This document shows, in pieces, positions 9,396 to 18,515 of a stretch of 39,724 nt of DNA. The DNA is from an uncultured archaeon (GTDB lineage Archaea > Asgardarchaeota > Thorarchaeia > Thorarchaeales > Thorarchaeaceae), in the NCBI GenBank assembly GCA_964631415.1, contig CAZVZC010000016.1:1-39724 (forward strand), read 5' to 3'. The first letter of the stretch is position 1, and every line of letters starts with the position of its first letter. The position numbers and the translations under genes are program-made. The notes under the pieces are model-generated. The model searched no databases, was not told where the DNA came from, and worked only from the letters and a program-made list of their open reading frames with translations.

Positions 9396-9830
9396 ATGGG
9401 AATCTTCGGGACATCTGCAGAAATCATCTTTGACATCAATCTCATCATACAGCTAGTGCTCGTCATCTTGTTGGCGACAGGTGTCGCAAGTAGACGTATT
9501 CGGAAGCGTCACGGTATCATAATGGCGTCTGCGACGCTCGTCAATCTTACTACCATATTCCTGATTATGGCGCCTTCACTCATTCGGAACTTCGGGACTA
9601 TCATTGCGGACCCTCTGAGTACTGGCGCGATGATTACTGTTGCCCACAGCATCTTTGGCACGACAACCATACTACTGGGTCTACTATTCGGCTTCCGGTT
9701 CTTGTCGGCAACAAGAGGCTCCAGACCCCTCGCATGTGGAAAACGGAGGATGATGATTCTGACTGCGATTCTATGGCTGCTTTCCTTGGGCGACGGAATA
9801 GCCTTCTATGTCTACTACTATGCGTTTTGA
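9396..9830 (+). CDS. Four-TM membrane protein, DUF420-like
   Basis: Four hydrophobic segments with His in RHGIIM and VAHSIFG. Preceded by GGTGA. Confidence 0.7.
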   Translation: MGIFGTSAEIIFDINLIIQLVLVILLATGVASRRIRKRHGIIMASATLVNLTTIFLIMAPSLIRNFGTIIADPLSTGAMITVAHSIFGTTTILLGLLFGFRFLSATRGSRPLACGKRRMMILTAILWLLSLGDGIAFYVYYYAF

Positions 9831-9988
9831 GAAACCATAGTCAAGCCTTTCGAACATGAGTGTTCCATCCAGCAGCCAGACCGTTTCATGACTGTTGTCG
9901 CCATTGTCTGGGGTTCTGCCTTGCGTCATACACCGCTTCATATCGACTAGAATAGAAGCAACATCATCAGTCCGAAGAAGGCCTTGCC

Positions 9989-10930
9989 ATGGTCAAGCCA
10001 GAAGTAAGTGCCGTAGACATTGACCTGAAGACAGGGAACACATTAGGGTTCTACGCTCTCGGAACAGATAGACCGAATGTTCTGATTATATCTGCCATGG
10101 ACGGCATGTCAGCCACGGATGTCTATGCATGCTATCTCGTGATGAAGCACCTAGAAGGACTTGAGAGGATTGATGGCTCTGTCACGTTGCTTCCTGTAGC
10201 GAACCCGCTGTCATTCAGGCTGGGAACAAAGGTCTCTCCTCTTGACTCCCTCGACCTCGATACGGTGTTTCCCGGCAACGAACAGGGCACTGTGACCCAG
10301 AGGACTGCTTGGGAGATCTGGCGGAGAGTCTCACAGGCCGACTTTGTTGTGCACCTCAGGACGGGTTGGCAATCATGCATCAGCCATGTAGTTGCCCTTC
10401 ACCGAGACTACATCCACGTCCGCAACATGGCCTCTCAGATTGCCCTTCCTCTTGTAGTCCAAGGTCCGGGCAACAGAGGCTCGCTAATCACAGAGGCGGC
10501 ACAGGATGGCATAGCGGCTGTTGCAATCGAAACAAGGGGTGAGAGAGGACAGGTAGAGCCCCAGGCAGCCGTTGAGGTGAGAGAGGCAATCCTCAACTTC
10601 CTTCGGATAAAGGACATGATCCCCGGGGAGAAGATGGAAACATCCAGTATCGTCGCTGGAAGAATGCAGCACGTGAATGTTGAAGCCGAGGGGTTCTTTG
10701 TTCCCACTATGCACCCAGGTGAGGCAGTGCGCCACGGTGACGTCATCGGTCAAGTGCAGGACAAGGTGGAGGTGATATCACCTCATGATGGCACGGTGGT
10801 ATCCCTCGGCAAGATGAGCTACGTGTTCGAAGGCGACATCATAGCCCGTGTGGCGACCCCGATTTCGGACCAATGGAGCGAACCTGAGTCAAGAGAGGAC
10901 AGAACGCCGGCGAGGAGGAGAAAGTGGTAA
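9989..10930 (+). CDS. Succinylglutamate desuccinylase/aspartoacylase (M14) family homolog with a degenerate active site
   Basis: GSVTLLPVANP, FPG, GSL, IE and a C-terminal barrel-sandwich hybrid domain are present. The Zn ligands are substituted. Confidence 0.8.
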   Translation: MVKPEVSAVDIDLKTGNTLGFYALGTDRPNVLIISAMDGMSATDVYACYLVMKHLEGLERIDGSVTLLPVANPLSFRLGTKVSPLDSLDLDTVFPGNEQGTVTQRTAWEIWRRVSQADFVVHLRTGWQSCISHVVALHRDYIHVRNMASQIALPLVVQGPGNRGSLITEAAQDGIAAVAIETRGERGQVEPQAAVEVREAILNFLRIKDMIPGEKMETSSIVAGRMQHVNVEAEGFFVPTMHPGEAVRHGDVIGQVQDKVEVISPHDGTVVSLGKMSYVFEGDIIARVATPISDQWSEPESREDRTPARRRKW

Positions 10931-11376
10931 CCCCAAACTGCAGTCGTTGCGAAGGACTCATGTGCACCAACGTCGGAGACGCAAGACTGAGGAACTCAAA
11001 GAACCTCCTATTGATTGGAAGCTGTATGGCCACTCGCTATCCCGACATTGTTGAGGAGTTCAGTAAGAAGAACGGTGACCAGCCAGTGCTTGAAGTGTGT
11101 CTTGAGGAAACCCACGTGAATCAAGCAGGCTTCAAGATAGCTTCCATCGTGAGATATGCGAGCATACGAGGACTGACCGTCCTCACAATTGACGGGAGTC
11201 CCCACTGTGTCCAGCTTCACATGGTGGTTGAGGACATCAAGCGCCACTTCACACCGGAGGTTGAAACAGCACACTACGTCGTGGAGAAAGACGAACTGTA
11301 CGAGATCTCCGCAGAGGCAGTGAAGAGAGCGCGACACCTGTCCAAGATTCAGGCGTCACTGGATAGTCTGAGCTGA
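10924..11376 (+). CDS. Cys-containing putative Fe-S protein
   Basis: LLIGSC, VCLEETH and DGSPHCVQLH motifs. Overlaps the end of the upstream gene. Confidence 0.7.
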   Translation: MVTPNCSRCEGLMCTNVGDARLRNSKNLLLIGSCMATRYPDIVEEFSKKNGDQPVLEVCLEETHVNQAGFKIASIVRYASIRGLTVLTIDGSPHCVQLHMVVEDIKRHFTPEVETAHYVVEKDELYEISAEAVKRARHLSKIQASLDSLS

Positions 11377-11400
11377 ACCATTGATAATGACGCCAACCCC

Positions 11401-12012
11401 TCACGCAGCATTCTTCTGCTCGTGTGAACGGTTCACTCTTGGGAGCATGAATGCAGCCTTGTGCCGATAGTCAAGATACTCCTGTCCGTAGACGACAATC
11501 AGTTTTCTCTCCTCAAGGCGTGCTCCTATCAACACGTAGGCGATCAGCGACGAGCAAAAGACTACGACACTTGGAAATGGATACAACAGGATCGTGCCTA
11601 GGAGTATGAGAATTGTGGCAAGATACAAGGGGTGACGCAACCGAGAGTAGACTCCACGAGTAACAAGCTCCGGTTTCCTGTCGGTTCTCATGTCTGCAAC
11701 GCTTGTGACTGATAGGTCCTTTGATGCTGCCTTGGCTACTATCAGTCCAATGAGGATGGATACGACCCCTGCCAAAGCGAGAAAGAGGTTGACATCTTCA
11801 GGCGAGATGATGAAGTATAGCCAGTCCCAATAGCCCATCGATAGGAAAGCAGTCGCGAGAGCGACTACACTGGTGACTGTGAAGATTCTGCCATACCCAT
11901 TCTTTCCCCACTTCTTGATAATCCTAGACTTGATGCGTATGGCCGAAAGACCGCTGTGTTGGAGTCCGAACACCGCCACCGCGCAGACAATGACCAGATG
12001 CTCGATCATCAA
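11401..12012 (-). CDS. Isoprenylcysteine carboxylmethyltransferase/NnrU family membrane methyltransferase
   Basis: LQHSGL, LVTRGVYSRLRHPLY, EERKL, YGQEYLDYR. Confidence 0.85.
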   Translation of the reverse strand: MMIEHLVIVCAVAVFGLQHSGLSAIRIKSRIIKKWGKNGYGRIFTVTSVVALATAFLSMGYWDWLYFIISPEDVNLFLALAGVVSILIGLIVAKAASKDLSVTSVADMRTDRKPELVTRGVYSRLRHPLYLATILILLGTILLYPFPSVVVFCSSLIAYVLIGARLEERKLIVVYGQEYLDYRHKAAFMLPRVNRSHEQKNAA

Positions 12013-12129
12013 TAGCCCCAGACATCGCCCACACTTAGCCTACAATAACTCTTCGCTGCAGCACTTTCCTTTCTGAGAATGCACTATGGATGAAGCGAGC
12101 GCAAAGATGTAACCGGAGTGGTGTTTCGC

Positions 12130-12141
12130 AAGGCTTATATG
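12130..12141 (+). promoter_or_regulatory. BRE/TATA box upstream of the 12180 gene
   Basis: AAGGCTTATAT about 40 nt before the ATG in an intergenic gap. Confidence 0.55.
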
Positions 12142-12179
12142 GTTAGTTCACAATAGTTAATCTCAGAAGGCGAAAAATA

Positions 12180-12749
12180 ATGCAGAAAGTCATTAAGAAT
12201 CCATTCGTTCCTGTCGAGATATCAGACGATGAAGTGGTCACCGTAAATGAGGGTGACGACCAGAAGGAAGTAGATGCAAAGCGCTACTACGTTCGGTATA
12301 TCGTAGGCGAGAGCGATGAAACCAAATTCGTAGATGGAGGGAAGGACCAGACAGATTCGGTCCACGAGAAGACCATATACGCGGCCCCCTCGATACACAA
12401 GCTCGCTGGCGAACCCTTCCACTATGACAAGAGCAGCGTGATGACGATAAGTGGTAACGGCCGCGCTGACGACCTGAAGCGCCTTAACCGAGTCGATGCT
12501 TGTTCAGAGCACGAAAAGGTTGAGGTTGCCTTTGAGAGCACCGGTGTCGAATGCTGCGCCATGTCAAAGGAAGAGGCTGACAAGCAGAAGGTCCCAGTAC
12601 AGTACCTAGCTGGTTACATGCTGGGAAGAAGCGATGGAGTGTTCAAGGTGGCACTCTCAAAGACCGTGTTCGATGATGGCACTTCCTACTACGAGAACGT
12701 ACACATGATCCCTGAGGACGTAGTCAGGTCTTGGTCGTGCATAGAGTAG
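12180..12749 (+). CDS. Hypothetical acidic protein
   Basis: 189-aa ORF with coding-like codon use, flanked by its own TATA box and terminator. Confidence 0.8.
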   Translation: MQKVIKNPFVPVEISDDEVVTVNEGDDQKEVDAKRYYVRYIVGESDETKFVDGGKDQTDSVHEKTIYAAPSIHKLAGEPFHYDKSSVMTISGNGRADDLKRLNRVDACSEHEKVEVAFESTGVECCAMSKEEADKQKVPVQYLAGYMLGRSDGVFKVALSKTVFDDGTSYYENVHMIPEDVVRSWSCIE

Positions 12750-12777
12750 TTGGCGGATGCATTGACCCACCAACAGC

Positions 12778-12834
12778 AGAGGGTGGAGAAAGAGGCGAGT
12801 ACGCTTCTAATCTCTAGCCCCTCTCCTTTTTTTT
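12778..12834 (+). terminator. Long hairpin followed by a T8 tract
   Basis: AGAGGG..GAGA.AGAGGCG-AGTA-CGCTTCT..TCTC...CCCTCT, then TTTTTTTT at 12827-12834. Confidence 0.75.
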
Positions 12835-12914
12835 GAGTTTTCATGCCTTGTTACGACGATGGGCTATCCGGCCCAACCTCGCCTAAGAAAGGCGTACATT
12901 TTTTCATAGAGGCT

Positions 12915-12926
12915 TAAACTTATATA
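12915..12926 (+). promoter_or_regulatory. TATA box of tfb
   Basis: TAAACTTATATA about 110 nt upstream of the ATG. SD AGGTGA at 13024-13029. Confidence 0.55.
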
Positions 12927-13035
12927 GTCATAAATCTCCGTCACGGGACAGCTCTTTTCGGAGCAGTTTTGTTTACTGATTGTTGGTCCAATTTCTGGGC
13001 CCAATCCTGAAAGGAGCACTTGTAGGTGACCTCGC

Positions 13036-13980
13036 ATGGCGAAACCAGTCCGGGCTATGGCTGAAAGACGACAAGGCATCGGTGTGTGTTCCATTTGCGG
13101 TAGTAGCGAGTTCTACGAAGACACAACCCGAGGTGAGAACATCTGCACTGCTTGTGGGTGCGTGATCAATGACCGCATGATGGACACTGGTCCAGAGTGG
13201 AGGGCTTTCACAGCAGAGGAGAGAAACGCTAGGGCGAGAACTGGCTCACCCATGACACTGACAATGGCAGACAAGGGCCTTGCCACCACTATTGGCTGGA
13301 GCGACAGGGACGCGAATGGTCGCTCGATTGCTGCAAACAATCGTGCCGCAATCTACAGAATGCGCAAGTGGCAGATCAGGACTCTTGTGCACAGCTCTCA
13401 GCACAGGAACCTCAGCATCGCCATGAGTGAGATGGACAGGCTGACTTCACAGCTGGGCATTCCTAGTGAAACGAAGGAAACAGCTGCTCTCATCTACAGG
13501 AAAGCACTGAGCAGGCGCTTGGTCCGAGGAAGAAGCATAGAGGGAATGGTCGCGGCTTCGATCTACCTGTCCTGCCGTATTCACAAGATACCAAGGCAGC
13601 TTGATGAGATAGTCACCGAGGCCAGAGTGAACAGAAAAGAACTCGGCCAGTGCGTTCGACTCATCCTGCGCAATGTCGACATCAGAGTCCCAATACCGTC
13701 GGCAAATGACCTGATGCCACGCATCTCGGCAGACCTGTCGCTGGATGGAAGAACCCTGCAGTGTGCGATGGACATCATCAACAAGGCCAGACAGCATGGT
13801 CTGACAGCCGGCAAGGACCCAGGTGGTCTTGCGGCAGCTGCGCTGTACATAGCGGGTATCATAGAGGACGATAGACGCACGCAGAGAGAGATTGCGGAGG
13901 CGTCAAACGTGACTGAAGTCACTGTCAGAAACCGCTACAAGGATCTTGCGCAGTCACTCCAGATCACCATCAGACCATAG
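13036..13980 (+). CDS. tfb: Transcription initiation factor IIB, paralog 1
   Basis: Zn ribbon CSIC..CTAC, B-reader DTGPEWRAF, two cyclin repeats, TEVTVRNRYK. Confidence 0.97.
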   Translation: MAKPVRAMAERRQGIGVCSICGSSEFYEDTTRGENICTACGCVINDRMMDTGPEWRAFTAEERNARARTGSPMTLTMADKGLATTIGWSDRDANGRSIAANNRAAIYRMRKWQIRTLVHSSQHRNLSIAMSEMDRLTSQLGIPSETKETAALIYRKALSRRLVRGRSIEGMVAASIYLSCRIHKIPRQLDEIVTEARVNRKELGQCVRLILRNVDIRVPIPSANDLMPRISADLSLDGRTLQCAMDIINKARQHGLTAGKDPGGLAAAALYIAGIIEDDRRTQREIAEASNVTEVTVRNRYKDLAQSLQITIRP

Positions 13981-14057
13981 ACGGCGTGGGACGCGCTGTC
14001 GTTAGGCCCAGCCTCAGCAAGACATTTCTGTTCCAGCTTCAGAGTGAATCATGTTCC

Positions 14058-14822
14058 ATGAACAAGTTCCTCCTAGCCCTTTGTGGGCTCCCTGCTTCGG
14101 GAAAGACAACTCTTGCCAGGGCAGTGCAGACCAAGCTTGGTCCTCGTGCAAAGGTGCAGATAGTGAGTACGGATGAGTGGCGGGACCAACTCTACTATTC
14201 GGAGTTCTCACCTGAAAAGGAGCACGACGTGAGAGAAGCGGCGCTAAAACGTGTCACCGAAACGCTTGCACAAGGGTTCTCGGTGATTCATGATGACACG
14301 AACTACTACGCCAGCATGCGCCACGAACTTCTGGAAGCGGCCAGGACACAAGAATACGCCTTTGCGGTCGCATTCGTGTCCACACCATTGGAAACGTGCC
14401 TCCGGTGGAATCGGGAAAGAAAAGCAGCAGTACCAGAGCATGTGATAGTCAGAATCGGCAGCAATTTCGACAGACCTGGTGACAGATACGCGTGGGACAC
14501 ACCCATCGCGGCAGTGGACTTGTCCAAGGTGCACATCGACGACGCGGCGATGCAGGTCATTCAAAAGCTCAGGGCGCTAAGTCCACCCATTGAGCAGCGT
14601 TCACAGCCGATTGAAACAGATGACAGTGCCATCGATCTTGCCACAAGGGAGGCGGTTTCTCAATTCCTAGGCAAGTTCAGGTCCTACAGATCAGATCCTA
14701 GAGTGCACCAGATACGGAAGAGAGTGCTGTCAGAGTCAGTTGCGGCAGGCGAGTCGCCAGAGCAGGCCAGAAAGCGTCTGACAGCTGAGCTTGAGGAACT
14801 GATAGGCAGTAACTCGAGATGA
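14058..14822 (+). CDS. pstK: O-phosphoseryl-tRNA(Sec) kinase (PSTK/KTI12 family)
   Basis: LCGLPASGKTT, DDTNYYASMR, RWNRER and YAWDTP. Adjacent to tRNA-Sec. Start moved to MNKFLL. Confidence 0.9.
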   Translation: MNKFLLALCGLPASGKTTLARAVQTKLGPRAKVQIVSTDEWRDQLYYSEFSPEKEHDVREAALKRVTETLAQGFSVIHDDTNYYASMRHELLEAARTQEYAFAVAFVSTPLETCLRWNRERKAAVPEHVIVRIGSNFDRPGDRYAWDTPIAAVDLSKVHIDDAAMQVIQKLRALSPPIEQRSQPIETDDSAIDLATREAVSQFLGKFRSYRSDPRVHQIRKRVLSESVAAGESPEQARKRLTAELEELIGSNSR

Positions 14823-14845
14823 TGCAAGACTGGTATCTGCAGCCA

Positions 14846-14936
14846 TGGCGGCCTCCCAAGAGAATCGAACTCTCATCGCTTGCACGATCATGGGTTTGAA
14901 GCCCATGGAACCAGACCACCGGTCCTTTGGGAGGCC
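14846..14936 (-). tRNA. selC: tRNA-Sec (anticodon UCA), 91 nt, CCA encoded
   Basis: 9-bp acceptor stem GGCCUCCCA/UGGGAGGCC, G discriminator plus CCA, 7-bp D stem with 4-nt loop, 6-bp anticodon stem CAUGGG/CCCAUG with loop CUUCAAA, variable arm with GCAA loop, 4-bp T stem AGAG/CUCU with UUCGAUU loop. Confidence 0.97.
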
Positions 14937-14990
14937 CTATCTGGATAGACTGCTTGAAAACAAGGCCATAAACGTGTGGTTCGGACAGTC

Positions 14991-15641
14991 CTACAGATAG
15001 CGAGTGATGACTGCGTGAGTCTCTTTCTTCCATTCGACTGTCTTCTTTGCCAACTCGGTCGCAATCTCTGCTGGCAGAGGCTTGTCTCTTGGTAACGACT
15101 CGATCTTTGATAACCACGCGTTTGTGGTCAGAGCTATGGGATGAACTTCCTCCCCCTCAGTGGCCTTTATGATCATCTCTCGTCCGAGGGATATGTCGAA
15201 ATAGATCGCACTCAGCTGGGTCTTACTCAGAATCTCAAGGACAGTCCTGTCCCAACAGGTCTTTGCCACTAGGGCTCTTCCAAGCTTACTCTTGTCCTTC
15301 TCCTTAAGACCCTGATACTTATGTAATGAGGACTCTAGCTGCTTGACAAGTCCGTCCATGTAGCTTTTCATTGCAGTTTCGCTCCCCCCGAAGACAGCCA
15401 GCTCAACTGATTTCTGTGCCTCTTCAACCCACACACGCACTGTGACCTTGCTATCGCCAATCTTGGTCGTGAACATAGCCTTGCCCTTGAATATATGACT
15501 CTCTGCCTCGCTGTATTCAGTGAGCAGAGTCCCAGGCGGTGAGGCCACTACGTACCAAGCCATTCTGAAGACGACAGCCGACTCTGAGATGTCATAGCTC
15601 AGGGTGTGGGACACCTTGGGCTGCTTGTCGATCGCTTCCAT
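14991..15641 (-). CDS. Hypothetical protein inside the Sec gene cluster
   Basis: 216-aa ORF with SD GGAGG, 24 nt downstream of sepSecS and co-oriented with it. No family recognised. Confidence 0.8.
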   Translation of the reverse strand: MEAIDKQPKVSHTLSYDISESAVVFRMAWYVVASPPGTLLTEYSEAESHIFKGKAMFTTKIGDSKVTVRVWVEEAQKSVELAVFGGSETAMKSYMDGLVKQLESSLHKYQGLKEKDKSKLGRALVAKTCWDRTVLEILSKTQLSAIYFDISLGREMIIKATEGEEVHPIALTTNAWLSKIESLPRDKPLPAEIATELAKKTVEWKKETHAVITRYL

Positions 15642-15665
15642 GGACGCGTCCTCCCTTCAAAACTC

Positions 15666-16982
15666 TCATGATAGGCTGTCTAGTGCCCTATTGAGCTTAG
15701 TGGTGGCCTCCTCCACGTCTTTCCTACTCGTGCCAATCGCGGCATTCATCACTAGATAGCTGTGAGGATAGCCGTCAATCGAAGAACCGTATTCGCCCTT
15801 CCTGATGGCTCTCGGACCAGTCACCCTTAGACTGTATAGCCTTGACCCGACCTCCGTAGCATCGAGTCCGTCCAGAGTAATCGCGCATGACACTGGGTTT
15901 CTTACAGAGAGTACTCTCTGACCTATGCCTTCCGCAACCGATTTCAGTCTGTCCTCCAGAAGGGCACGATTCTCTGCCTGTTCCTTTCTGAGCTGGCTGT
16001 ATCCATCATGCCCGATGACAAGAAGTGCAGCGAGGGTCTGAACAAGAGGAGCGGCGGTCGCTCGGCCCGCATAAGTTTCCGCAGTCCATTCCACCACCTT
16101 GTCGTCTGGTGAAACGATGATTGAGCCGCCGACCGGACACAGGAAGTTCTTGTCACTGCTCTGGACGACAGCATCCACACGACCTGCATCGACTGCCGAC
16201 CGTATGGACCTCAAGACCTCTTCGGACTGCACTCCATAGGCGTTGTTAACCACAAGTGGCAGGTCTTTCTCAGCACAAATCTTGGCTACGTCCTTAACTG
16301 GATCTGACTCTCGAGGAGGAAAGAACGTCGTCGTCAGCAGGACTGCAGAGCCTCTGTGTTTCGACACGAGCCGCTCCAGCCCGCCCATATCAACCCGTAC
16401 TGCATCTCCCTCGAGTATTGTGGGCACAACTACCTCCGTGAGCCCGGCAAATGCTATGGCTCGATGAGGAGAAGTATGATCGACGCGAGGAAAGAGGACC
16501 TCCCGGCAGCCAATCTCTCTCCTCATTCCTGCCAATACAAGTGCGATACTCATCCCGGTCGACAACGGCGTGACGAGGCCATGATGTATGTTTTCCAGTC
16601 CGAGCTTCCGGACTGCATCGACTGCAACACTGTCAACGAGTTCCTGCATTAGTGAGGAACCGACAGCTTTTGGCTGAGTGGCGGTGATGTGACCACTGCG
16701 TCCAATCCCATGGTTGAAGCCAGATGACAGACGAGAGATTAGAGGAGAGGCAGTCCGTCCCTCCCGTTCACCAACCCTTGAGCCCTCAGGGTCCTTGTCA
16801 GAGTCCATTGAGGACAGCAGTTGAAGCAAAAGATCAACCTGTAGATCAGAGAGAGGTTTCACCGGGAACATCCTTCTGTTCAGCACGTCCTTCACTGGTG
16901 CCAACAGGGCGTCAATTGTCACTCGGCCTCGCTCAGCTAAGTTCTCAGGTATCAGATCGGTAAGCTTGCGCTCAATGTCCAA
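15666..16982 (-). CDS. spcS: O-phosphoseryl-tRNA(Sec) selenium transferase (SepSecS)
   Basis: VGEREGR, HGIGRSG, QPKAVGS, NNAYG, QSSDKNF (PLP lysine) and YAGRA. Confidence 0.96.
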   Translation of the reverse strand: MDIERKLTDLIPENLAERGRVTIDALLAPVKDVLNRRMFPVKPLSDLQVDLLLQLLSSMDSDKDPEGSRVGEREGRTASPLISRLSSGFNHGIGRSGHITATQPKAVGSSLMQELVDSVAVDAVRKLGLENIHHGLVTPLSTGMSIALVLAGMRREIGCREVLFPRVDHTSPHRAIAFAGLTEVVVPTILEGDAVRVDMGGLERLVSKHRGSAVLLTTTFFPPRESDPVKDVAKICAEKDLPLVVNNAYGVQSEEVLRSIRSAVDAGRVDAVVQSSDKNFLCPVGGSIIVSPDDKVVEWTAETYAGRATAAPLVQTLAALLVIGHDGYSQLRKEQAENRALLEDRLKSVAEGIGQRVLSVRNPVSCAITLDGLDATEVGSRLYSLRVTGPRAIRKGEYGSSIDGYPHSYLVMNAAIGTSRKDVEEATTKLNRALDSLS

Positions 16983-18366
16983 ACTTGTACTCCTCCTCGA
17001 CTGTCGTTTCGTACATCACCATGTCCCCCACCCTCACAGGCCCGTCAAATTGAGCAGACAAGACTCCTCGTGTTCCAAACGGTTGAGCGAGAAGCCCCTC
17101 TCGTCCAGTGTTTGTCCTAACAGAAGAACCGACTAGGGTTTCAGCAGTCTCCTTCCTCGACGCAAGCCCTTCAACAAGTACGTCAGCAGGCCTGACTCGG
17201 GAAACCCTTCCGGAACGAACGTGTTTCTTGGCAAGAATCATCTTGTTGGGAATGTCCACAATCTCTCCTGAACCAATGATGCGCATTTGAGTCGGAGGCA
17301 AGTCTGTCCGCATTAGTAGAACACGCATACCAGTTTCTGCCACCACCTCTCGTTGAAGCAACACTGCCGTATGACTCATCGGGCCTTCAACACTGTCCTC
17401 AACAACTCGAGTAATGCCTTCGGTCCTAAACGGCACCAACTCGGCTGTCACACTCGGCATTCCGATTGTTGCACTTACGACCATTCCCTTCGTGAGTCGC
17501 CCGCGGTACAGCGGGTTGGGTCTAATCTGTAGGATTGCCCCGGTGGCAGTCCTTACAGAGCCCGGCTTGCACAGATAGTCCCCTCGGCTCATAGTTGCAG
17601 ATTCCAGGTCGGGAATGTTCAACCCCACCCGGTCACCTGCGCCTGCGTTCTCTCGCGGCTCGCCGAAGGTCTGGATGGACCGTATCTTTCCTATCTGCCC
17701 CTGAGGCATGAGTCCGAGTGAATCGCCAATCTCTGCGACTCCTCTGAGAACCGTTCCAGTGACGACGGTACCGTGACCCTTCACACTGAAGGCATGATCA
17801 ACGGGCATCAGGAAGGGAGCGTCCCTCATTCTTGGCTTTGGCGTCACTGTTGTCGCCATGACCTCTCGGAGCCTATCAATGCCATCTCCAGTCAGTGCCG
17901 AAACTCTCACGTACTCCACCTTGTTGAAAGAGAGGTCGGCTATGATGGATCTCATCTTGCTCTCAACAGATGTCTGTTGTTTCTCGTCGGCAAGGTCGAT
18001 CTTTGAGATGACGATGATGATGGTCTCAACACCCATGGACTGCAGTACAATTAGGTGCTCGCCGGTCTGTAATTTCGGACCTTCGTCCGCCGCAACAACG
18101 ACAAGAGCTGCGTCGATGATCCCCGCACCGGCGACGACACTACGTATGAGATCGGCATGACCAGGGGAGTCCACCAAGGTCACAAGATACTTGCCCAGCA
18201 CGAACATGGTGAACCCAAGGTCTATGGTTATCCCGCGCTCCTGGGACTGTGGATGCTTGTCAAGACCTGCGGTAGACACCTTCTGACTCAGGGCTCTTGC
18301 GAGCTGAGTCTTGCCGTGATCGATGTGCCCCATGAGGCCCACGTGAATCGGTACAAGGCGCTCCAT
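16972..18366 (-). CDS. selB: Selenocysteine-specific elongation factor (archaeal/eukaryal SelB/EFSec)
   Basis: GHIDHGKT, ERGITIDLGF, DSPGHADL, QTGEHL and DHAFSVKGHGTV. C-terminal domain IV (G..AQPFGTRG) instead of bacterial winged helices. Confidence 0.95.
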   Translation of the reverse strand: MERLVPIHVGLMGHIDHGKTQLARALSQKVSTAGLDKHPQSQERGITIDLGFTMFVLGKYLVTLVDSPGHADLIRSVVAGAGIIDAALVVVAADEGPKLQTGEHLIVLQSMGVETIIIVISKIDLADEKQQTSVESKMRSIIADLSFNKVEYVRVSALTGDGIDRLREVMATTVTPKPRMRDAPFLMPVDHAFSVKGHGTVVTGTVLRGVAEIGDSLGLMPQGQIGKIRSIQTFGEPRENAGAGDRVGLNIPDLESATMSRGDYLCKPGSVRTATGAILQIRPNPLYRGRLTKGMVVSATIGMPSVTAELVPFRTEGITRVVEDSVEGPMSHTAVLLQREVVAETGMRVLLMRTDLPPTQMRIIGSGEIVDIPNKMILAKKHVRSGRVSRVRPADVLVEGLASRKETAETLVGSSVRTNTGREGLLAQPFGTRGVLSAQFDGPVRVGDMVMYETTVEEEYKFGH

Positions 18367-18515
18367 TATCTGGTCATCGGAATTGTGGGTTTATGGCGGT
18401 TAAAACCTTCGTCAATGGACGACGGCCACACGATTAGCGTGACATGCTTCTCAAAGAAGAGAACGGTGTCCACAGAAGTCACAGGTTTATTGGGTCATCC
18501 ACCATACAGAAACAC

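Noticed and set aside
9367-9400. GGCGATGGCGTCC resembling the start of a fluoride riboswitch
   Set aside because: The pairing CGCC strand and the downstream pseudoknot segment are missing, and the adjacent gene is not fluoride-related.
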